Shown here: in pieces, positions 26,021 to 32,000 of the stretch | How positions within the stretch are numbered: the first letter of the stretch is position 1 | How the letters are laid out: each line of letters starts with the position of its first letter | DNA from: Horticoccus luteus | Lineage (GTDB): Bacteria > Verrucomicrobiota > Verrucomicrobiia > Opitutales > Opitutaceae | Assembly (NCBI RefSeq): GCF_019464535.1 | Contig: NZ_CP080507.1 | Coordinates: 600,001-632,000, forward strand | DNA length: 32,000 nt | Direction of reading: 5' to 3' | Translations under genes and position numbers: made by a program | Notes under the pieces: generated by a model | Seen by the model: only the letters and a program-made list of their open reading frames with translations | Database searches by the model: none | Told to the model about the DNA's origin: nothing

Positions 26021-27280
26021 ATGAGCAGCGTTTCCACGGTCTCGCCGTTTGACCCTCCGCCGGTGCGCAAGCGCGAGATTTTTGGGTGGTGTTGTTTCGA
26101 CTTCGCCAACTCGGCGTTCACGACGGTCATCATCACGGTCGTTTACGCGGTTTATTTCATGCGGGTCGTGGCCGGCAACGATCCGCGGGGGCCGGGCTGG
26201 TGGGGCACGGCGCTCGCCGTTTCGCAGGTGGTGGTGATTTTGCTCGCGCCGTTGTTGGGCGCGGTGGCGGACGTGACGGCGCGCAAGAAGACGTTTTTGA
26301 TGGGTTCGGCGGTGGTGTGCTCGATCGCGACGGCGGCGCTGTATTTCACGGGCGCGGGGGACGTGTGGCTGGCCCTCGCGCTGGTGATTGTGGCGAACAT
26401 GACGTTCTCGCTGGGCGAGAATTTTTGCGCGGCGTTTCTGCCGGAAATCAGCACGGCGGAGAACGTGGGGCGCATCTCGGGTTTCGGGTGGGCGTTTGGT
26501 TATCTCGGCGGGCTCGTGAGCCTCGTGCTGGCGCTGGTGATCTTGCAGAGCGGCGAGGGGCGCGCGCCGTGGACGTTTGTGATGACAGGCGCTTTTTTCC
26601 TGCTCGCCTGCCTGCCGACGCTGTTGTTGCGCGAGCGCGCACGGCGGCGGTCGCTGGCGAAGGGAGAGAGCTACGTATCGCTCGCGTGGGGCCAAATCCG
26701 GGAGATGCGGCGCGATCTGCCGCAGCACCGCACGCTCGCGCGGTTTTTCCTCGCGATGACGCTTTACATGGTGGGGTTGACGGCGGTGATCGCGTTCGCC
26801 TCGGTGTTTGCGACGCAGACCCTGCACATGACGCAGAGCGAAGTGATCGTGTTGTTCATCGTGTTGCAGGTCGCGGGTGTGGCCGGCGCCTACGGGTTCG
26901 GGCTGCTGCAGGACCGCCTCGGCGCGAAGGTCTCGCTGGTGCTATCGCTCGCGCTGTGGCTGATCGTGTGCGGGTGGGCGGCGGTGTGCCACACGAAGGG
27001 AGAGTTTTACGCGATCGGGGTGATTGCGGGCGCCGCGATGGGCTCGCTGCAGTCGTCGGGGCGCGCGGTGGTGTCGGGCCTCACGCCGCCGGGGCGCGGC
27101 GGGGAATTTTTCGGCTATTGGGGTTTCTTTGGGAAACTGGCGGGGGTGTTTGGGCCGTTCATGTTTGGATGGGTGACGACGGGGTTTGGCTTTCAGGCGG
27201 CGATCGTCGTCACGGGTTTGTTTTTCGCGAGCGGGCTGGCGGTGGTGGCGGCGTTGCCGTTCGGCGCGCGGCGACGTTGA
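26021..27280 (+). CDS. MFS transporter, UMF1 / Atg22-like family
   Basis: The 419-aa ORF is a multi-pass membrane protein. Its N-terminus REIFGWCCFDFANSAFTTVIITVVYAVYF matches the UMF1-family signature (W..YD.ANSA..T.I). About 12 hydrophobic segments are visible. Confidence 0.8.
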   Translation: MSSVSTVSPFDPPPVRKREIFGWCCFDFANSAFTTVIITVVYAVYFMRVVAGNDPRGPGWWGTALAVSQVVVILLAPLLGAVADVTARKKTFLMGSAVVCSIATAALYFTGAGDVWLALALVIVANMTFSLGENFCAAFLPEISTAENVGRISGFGWAFGYLGGLVSLVLALVILQSGEGRAPWTFVMTGAFFLLACLPTLLLRERARRRSLAKGESYVSLAWGQIREMRRDLPQHRTLARFFLAMTLYMVGLTAVIAFASVFATQTLHMTQSEVIVLFIVLQVAGVAGAYGFGLLQDRLGAKVSLVLSLALWLIVCGWAAVCHTKGEFYAIGVIAGAAMGSLQSSGRAVVSGLTPPGRGGEFFGYWGFFGKLAGVFGPFMFGWVTTGFGFQAAIVVTGLFFASGLAVVAALPFGARRR

Positions 27281-27820
27281 GCGAACGGGCGCGAAGGCGA
27301 GACGCGCGGTGACGCGGCGGCTGGCTAGTCATCGTCCGCCGCAATGCGGACGAACCGGGCGCAGTGGAGTGCGAGGTGCGAACGTCCAGCGCAGGGCCCC
27401 GCGGCGGTTTGGCCGCGCGATGGAGCGCACGGCCCACTATTTCCTATCGTAGAATCCTACGGCGAAGCGTCACCTCACGGGCCGCCGGGTTCGGCGTCGG
27501 TGAGGACGAGGACAGTGAGTAAAGCGAAGAGGACAACGGGCAGTAGCATGGTGTAGTCAGCGACCGGTGTAACCCGGCCGAGGGACAAAGGTTGCAGGAA
27601 TTCTGCCACTCGCCAATCCCTCGTTGCCCGGCAACGGAGTTAAGAGGGCCGCTAATCCAACGGCATCGCGCACGAATACCCGACCGACGCAGAAAGTGGC
27701 GGAAACGGTCGATGGGAAACGCGTTACGGCGAAAAATCCGTGCTTGGGAACGGCCGGGCGAGAGGCGGAAACCTGCGGGTCTCCGCGCAGGAAGAAAGGC
27801 GCGTCGACGACGCGGCGTTT

Positions 27821-28717
27821 CTAGTCGAGGGCCAGCCAGAACACGGTGGCGAGCGCGAGGCCGGCGGCGACGAAGGCGAGGCTGAAGGCGTAAGCGAGGG
27901 TCGCGGCTGCGGCTTTCAGCGCGGATTTTTTCCACGATTGCCGATAAACCGTGTGAAACGAGGCGAGCAGGTAAGCGACGAGCCAGACGCCGAAGGCGAA
28001 GCGAAAGCCGCCGGCGAGCCAGCGGGGACCGAGGGCGAAAAGCTGGCCGTAGCCGTCGCCCAGGAGGGAGGCGAGAAAGGCCCACGTGTGCAAGTGGAGC
28101 GAGAAGATCAGGTGCTCCACGTAATAGCGTCCGGAGCCGAGGTAGAGCAGACGCAGCAGCAGGGCGAACAACGGCACGCCGAGGAAGAAAAGCGTGGGCA
28201 CGCGATGCTCCAACTCGTGGACGATTTGCACGGCGTTGAGCTCGCCGGACTTGAATTTGCGTTCGAGTCGGGCGTCGAAATTGTCGCGTGGCGCCGGCGC
28301 TTTCGCCGACGCGGACGCGGATGCGGGCGCGGTGGGATCGAGGTGAATGAGCGCCTGCTCGTCGACGTTCACCAGGTGGCCGTGGTTGAGGAACGTGACG
28401 ACGAGGAAGAAGAGGACGCTGACGAAGAGGTAAAACCGCAGGGGGTTGAGCTGGCTCTGCCGGCGGCCGGCGATGAACTCGCGGGTGAGCTGGCCGGGTT
28501 TCGCCAGCAACAAGGCGACGCTGCTGAAAAACTTTCCCTCGAAGTGAAACACGTTTTCCAGCAAGTCGTGGGCGACGTGGTGGAACGACCGGTGGTAGTC
28601 GATATCGTGCTGGCCGCAGTGTGAGCAATAGGGACCGTGCAGCGCGGCGCCGCAATTCTGACAAACGTGGGGAGAGGCGGATGTCGCGTCGACGTCGCGC
28701 GAGGTGGAGCTGGACAC
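27821..28717 (-). CDS. DUF3667-like membrane protein with N-terminal CxxC...CxxC zinc ribbon
   Basis: ORF 27821..28807(-). The zinc ribbon is CQNCGAALHGPYCSHCGQ, followed by HDIDY..F.HV..DLLE..F..EGKF and several TM helices, as in DUF3667. No ATG precedes the ribbon. I chose the GTG at 28715-28717; the track start at 28807 is also GTG. Confidence 0.6.
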   Translation of the reverse strand: MSSSTSRDVDATSASPHVCQNCGAALHGPYCSHCGQHDIDYHRSFHHVAHDLLENVFHFEGKFFSSVALLLAKPGQLTREFIAGRRQSQLNPLRFYLFVSVLFFLVVTFLNHGHLVNVDEQALIHLDPTAPASASASAKAPAPRDNFDARLERKFKSGELNAVQIVHELEHRVPTLFFLGVPLFALLLRLLYLGSGRYYVEHLIFSLHLHTWAFLASLLGDGYGQLFALGPRWLAGGFRFAFGVWLVAYLLASFHTVYRQSWKKSALKAAAATLAYAFSLAFVAAGLALATVFWLALD

Positions 28718-28855
28718 GCGCGAACGAGAGCAGGTCGCGGGGCAAAAGAAAAGGCCGGCCCGGAAAGGGCCGGCGGGAAAACGAAGGAGGCGCAGCGAGA
28801 CCCGCACGGGAGAAACGGCGGCGCGGGCGCCGGGCCGCCGGGGCGCGACGGAGAC

Positions 28856-29923
28856 TTATTTGTCGGCCGTTTTGCCGTCGTATTTCCGGAAGGTGATGTC
28901 GCCGTTCATGGTCGTGACGCTGACGTCGACGCCGCCGCCGTTGAGCGTGCCGGACACGAGTTTGCCTCCGGTCATGGGCGGGAGCGGGGGAATGGGCGGC
29001 ATCGGGGCGACGGCATCCGGCGGGGAATTTTCATCGGAGCTGTCGTCGGCCGCGGGGGCGTCGTGATCGGCGACGGCGCCGTCGCGGGCCGCGCGGGCGG
29101 CCTCACGGGCGGCGCGGGCGGCATCGCGAGCGACTTCGCGGGCGACGCGGACGCCTTCGCGCACGGCGGATTGGATTTCGGCGGTGGAGACGCCGTGGGC
29201 GCGATTCGGACTGCCGAGGGATTGGGTTTTGGTGACGAGGGCTTTCTCGTCGAAGTCGGTGAGGACGGCGCCGTTCTGGGTGCGCAGTTTGAGATTGGCC
29301 TTGGCATCGGCCGGGACGCGGAGGTGCACCTCGCCGTTCATGGTGGAGAACGAGAGAGGTTTCCCGGCGGTGAGCGTGGGGAAGTTGGCGAAGATTTCGC
29401 CGTTCATGGTCTCGATGAGCACGCTGCCGCTGACGCGGTCGAGGTGGATTTCGCCGTTGACGCTTTTGGCTTCGATGTCGCCGGTGACGTCGGCGATTTT
29501 GACGTCGCCGCCGTACGTGGAGGCGATCGCGATGGCGGTGTGGCGGGGCACCGTGATATCGAACTCGCCGGGCTGGCTGGGCCAGGAGGTGTAGCCGAAC
29601 TCGAGCGTGGCGACGTTGCTCTTTTCGTTGAGCGAATAAGAAGCGGAGGAGGAGAGCACGCGCAGGCCGTCGGCGCGAGGGGCGGGGCGTTCGGAGGTGA
29701 TGCTGGACTTGACGGTGATTTCGGCCACATCGGCGCCGTGAATGCGAAAGTCGCCCATGTTGGCGCGGATTTTCAATGTGCCGGGCTGCGCGGGATCGGA
29801 GAATTTAAGGGTGGCGATATCGTCGGCCGCGTGGGCAGCAGGCACGGCGAAGGCGGCGGCGAGCAGGATCACGGCGGCCGCGGCCGCAATGAGGAATGAG
29901 GAATAGAGCGAATGGGTTTTCAT
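28856..29923 (-). CDS. Exported DUF4097-like (putative adhesin / LiaG-YvlB-like beta-helix) protein
   Basis: Signal peptide MKTHSLYSSFLIAAAAAVILLAAAFAVPAAHA. It has repeated beta-solenoid-like units (GDVKIADVTGDIEAKSVNGEIHLDRVSGSVLIETMNGEIFA...STMNGEVHLRVP; VSVTTMNGDITF), interrupted by an Ala/Arg-rich helix and a PPIPPLPP segment. Confidence 0.7.
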   Translation of the reverse strand: MKTHSLYSSFLIAAAAAVILLAAAFAVPAAHAADDIATLKFSDPAQPGTLKIRANMGDFRIHGADVAEITVKSSITSERPAPRADGLRVLSSSASYSLNEKSNVATLEFGYTSWPSQPGEFDITVPRHTAIAIASTYGGDVKIADVTGDIEAKSVNGEIHLDRVSGSVLIETMNGEIFANFPTLTAGKPLSFSTMNGEVHLRVPADAKANLKLRTQNGAVLTDFDEKALVTKTQSLGSPNRAHGVSTAEIQSAVREGVRVAREVARDAARAAREAARAARDGAVADHDAPAADDSSDENSPPDAVAPMPPIPPLPPMTGGKLVSGTLNGGGVDVSVTTMNGDITFRKYDGKTADK

Positions 29924-30007
29924 AGGGTGAGGCGGCGGGGCCGCGGTGAGACGAAGGGTGGGCGGGTGGTGGCAGTCTCAGTGGTGAAAGGGAGCCGGGT
30001 GCGGCGA

Positions 30008-30841
30008 TCAGAGCTGGGCGAGGCCGCGCTTGGCGGCTTCGCGCACGGAGCGGTCGACGGCGGTGTCGCGCGTGAGTTGCTCGAGGGTGCCGGCGGCCTC
30101 GCGGTCGCGGGCGGCGACGAGAAAGTCGATCATCGACACTTGGACGAGGGGGCTTTGTTCGCGGGGGAGTGACGCGAGCACGCCGGCGCGGACAACGTCT
30201 TCGCCGGCGTGCGGGTAAAGCGCATCGAGGGCGGTGAGGCGGACGTTGACGCTGGGATCGAGGGCGAGTGCGCCGATGAGTTGAGTGAGCACCTGCGGAT
30301 CGGCTTTCGCGGCGGCCATGGAGGAGAGGACGCCTTGCAGGCGCTCGGGCGTGGAGCGTTCCTGCAGGAGCGAATAACTGACGAGTTGGCCCATCGAATC
30401 GACGCGGTGCCGCAAGTCCGCGAGTTCGCGCGCCGTGGCGGGATCTGCGGCGGGAGCGGCGGCCGGGATGACCGCGGGTGGAGCGTAGCGGGTGCCGGCG
30501 AGGAAGCCGACGATGAGCAGGCCGCAGGCGGCGACGGGGGCGAAGATCCAGCGCAAGAGCGTAGAGCGCGTGCGTTGCGAGGCGCGACGCGCGGCCGCGG
30601 CGACGCTGGCGGCGGAGTTTTTCTCCTCTTCGAGCAGCGCGTAAAAGTGGGTGCGCAGGCGGGGACTGGGGGCGGGGGCGGGCAGGGCGTCGAGGGCCGC
30701 CAGGGTTTTATTGAGGGCGGCAAATTCGCGCTGGCAGTCGGGGCAATGGGCGAGATGCGCGCGCACATCCGCCGCGACGGGCGCGGCGAGGCGTTGATCG
30801 AGCAAGTCCGGAAAGTGGTCGCGGGCCAGGGTGCAGTTCAT
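30008..30841 (-). CDS. Anti-sigma factor: N-terminal zf-HC2, one TM helix, C-terminal HEAT-repeat domain
   Basis: ORF 30008..30931(-), trimmed to the ATG at 30839-30841, which overlaps the sigma gene stop as ATGA. The zf-HC2 motif is HLAHCPDCQREF. The TM helix is LLRWIFAPVAACGLLIVGFLAG. The HEAT-like tail is LDPSVNVRLTALDALYPHAGED...SPLVQVSMIDFLVAARDREA...DRSVREAAKRGL. Confidence 0.85.
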   Translation of the reverse strand: MNCTLARDHFPDLLDQRLAAPVAADVRAHLAHCPDCQREFAALNKTLAALDALPAPAPSPRLRTHFYALLEEEKNSAASVAAAARRASQRTRSTLLRWIFAPVAACGLLIVGFLAGTRYAPPAVIPAAAPAADPATARELADLRHRVDSMGQLVSYSLLQERSTPERLQGVLSSMAAAKADPQVLTQLIGALALDPSVNVRLTALDALYPHAGEDVVRAGVLASLPREQSPLVQVSMIDFLVAARDREAAGTLEQLTRDTAVDRSVREAAKRGLAQL

Positions 30842-31482
30842 GACAAGGGCTCCTTTTGCAGTTGAAAATAGTGGTCGCGCAAGGCGCGGAGGGCGCGGTG
30901 CGCGCGGACTTTCGCGGCGCCGACGGAGCATTCAAGGATGCCGGCGATCTCGGCGAACGAGAGTTCTTGAAAGCGGCTGAGGAGGAGGACCTCGCGGTCG
31001 TCGCGGGCGAGGCGGCCGAGCGCGGTGTGGAGCAGCGCATGGTCGTCACGGGTCGTGGCGCGGTCGCTGGCGTCGGGCGCGTCGTCCGCGTGCGTGTGCA
31101 GGATAGCGGGATCGGTGGCGGTGGGCAGCCGGGTGGACTGGCGAAAATGGTCGGCGGCGCAGCGGCGGGCGAGTTGGTAGAGCCAGGCGGTGAACGACCC
31201 TTCATCGCGGTAGGTGTGGCGGTATTTGAGAATGCGTTGAAAGACGATCTGCGCGATGTCTTCCGCAGCCGCGCGCTGGCCAGTGAGCTTGTAAAGAAAA
31301 CCGAAGAGGGGACCGTGGTGGCGTTCGAAGAGTTCGCCCAGTGAATCGAGTTCCCCATCGCGAACGGCGAGCATGAGGGCGTGATCGGAGGCGGGGGTGG
31401 CGGTGTCCACGGCGAAGCGGGCGCGAGCGTTAGCCGCCGGTGGGCGGGAGGAAATGCGGAAATCGGTCAGGTCGGCGATCAC
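30838..31482 (-). CDS. ECF (group 4) RNA polymerase sigma-70 factor
   Basis: Region 2 reads LFERHHGPLFGFLYKLTGQRAAAEDIAQIVFQRILKYRHTY...FTAWLYQLARRCAADHFR. Region 4 reads DDREVLLLSRFQELSFAEIAGILECSVGAAKVRAHRALRALR. The start is uncertain: GTG 31482 (maximal), GTG 31410 or ATG 31374. Confidence 0.9.
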   Translation of the reverse strand: MIADLTDFRISSRPPAANARARFAVDTATPASDHALMLAVRDGELDSLGELFERHHGPLFGFLYKLTGQRAAAEDIAQIVFQRILKYRHTYRDEGSFTAWLYQLARRCAADHFRQSTRLPTATDPAILHTHADDAPDASDRATTRDDHALLHTALGRLARDDREVLLLSRFQELSFAEIAGILECSVGAAKVRAHRALRALRDHYFQLQKEPLS

Positions 31483-31650
31483 GGCGATACATGGAGGTCA
31501 GTGGCGAGGGAAACCGAGGAGGCGGCGAAAGGTTACAGAGAATTTCCCGGCCGCGTGGGACGTGCGTTGGGCGCGCGAGCCGCGCGGGAGGAGGCGAGCT
31601 TTCGTGCGGCGGGAGATTGCGTCGGGCGGGAGGTTGCGCATGGTCGCAGC

Positions 31651-32000
31651 ATGAACCGACGCGATTTCCTCGTAAGTTCCTCGGCCGCGATGTTCACGGG
31701 TTGGGCAGTGGGAAAAGGCAAGGAGTCGGCGTCGTCGGCCACGGCGTCCGCAGCAGGGCAGAAGGCCGCGGCGAGCGCAGCGACGGCCACGGAATTTCGA
31801 ACCCTACGGCGCGACGTGGGGGTGTTTACAGGCCGGGGCGGCACGATCGGCTGGCTGGCGGACAAGGACGCGCTCGCGATCGTCGATACGCAGTTTCCCG
31901 ACACGGCAGGGATCTGCCTGGGCGGATTGCCGGGGCGCAAGGACCGGCGGATCGACGTGGTGTTGAATACGCATCACCACGCCGATCACACCAGTGGCAA
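31651..32000 (+). CDS. Tat-signal MBL-fold metallo-hydrolase, N-terminal part (runs off the window)
   Basis: Absent from the ORF track because it has no stop in the window. My translation from ATG 31651 gives MNRRDFLVSSSAAMFTGWAVG...EFRTLRRDVGVFTGRGGTIGWL...IDVVLNTHHHADHTSG. It has a twin-arginine signal (RRDFL) and the HxHxDH metallo-beta-lactamase motif. Confidence 0.75.
   Translation, partial: MNRRDFLVSSSAAMFTGWAVGKGKESASSATASAAGQKAAASAATATEFRTLRRDVGVFTGRGGTIGWLADKDALAIVDTQFPDTAGICLGGLPGRKDRRIDVVLNTHHHADHTSG

Noticed and set aside
24488-26827. 779-aa minus-strand ORF spanning the ligase gene, the repeat array and the MFS gene
   Set aside because: Its composition is extremely Arg/His/Pro-rich with no recognisable domain. 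It is antisense to two ORFs with clear family motifs (PaaK-like ligase, UMF1 MFS). It also reads straight through the intergenic tandem repeat.
27600-27790. Cobalamin-riboswitch-like fragments (GCCACT at about 27604-27609; GGGAAACGCGTTACGGCGAAAAATCCGTGC at about 27714-27743)
   Set aside because: The elements are in the wrong order for a B12 riboswitch, since the B12-box-like GCCACT precedes the GGGAA...AATCC core. The CCCGC-ACTG segment is missing. No + strand gene lies downstream to be regulated.
27444-29899. 433-aa minus ORF (27444-28745) and 420-aa plus ORF (28637-29899)
   Set aside because: The first is an alternative frame over the DUF3667-like gene and extends into the spacer with Arg/Pro-rich sequence. 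The second is a Gly/Arg/Asp-rich antisense frame of the DUF4097-like gene. Neither has domain-like features.

Overview
High-GC bacterial chromosomal segment (most 60-nt lines I hand-counted are about 58-65% G+C) with about 30 protein genes and one tRNA-Pro. No integrase, transposase, CRISPR array or rRNA is visible. A PEP-CTERM protein with autotransporter-associated beta-strand repeats, many lipoproteins and an ECF sigma operon suggest a Verrucomicrobiota/Opitutales-like organism; this is inference only. Ordinary content: M20 amidohydrolase (partial), cyclophilin PPIase, PAP2 phosphatase, GH43 hydrolase, two coiled-coil LysM proteins, glpK, an RND efflux pair (MFP plus pump, no OMF gene), NUDIX hydrolase, PaaK/F390-like adenylate-forming ligase, UMF1/Atg22-like MFS transporter, a four-gene ECF sigma / anti-sigma / DUF4097 / DUF3667 operon, and a Tat-signal MBL-fold hydrolase (partial). 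The stand-out region is 10728-20553, a roughly 10-kb block of ten exported proteins (seven with a lipobox Cys) and no enzyme, ATPase or regulator. It contains two diverged copies of a three-gene lipoprotein module (large TPR/COG3014-like lipoprotein, YcfL/DUF1425-like, LpoB/COG3417-like) in cyclically permuted order. Alongside them are three CsgG/LpoB-like secreted proteins (one fused to a PEGA domain) and two glycine-zipper proteins. This is my best candidate for an undescribed envelope system. Other points of interest: a sharp low-GC patch over the 5' half of the PEP-CTERM gene next to tRNA-Pro, a 39-bp tandem hairpin repeat array, and three perfect palindromes in regulatory positions. All family assignments rest on motif recognition from the translations, not on database searches.
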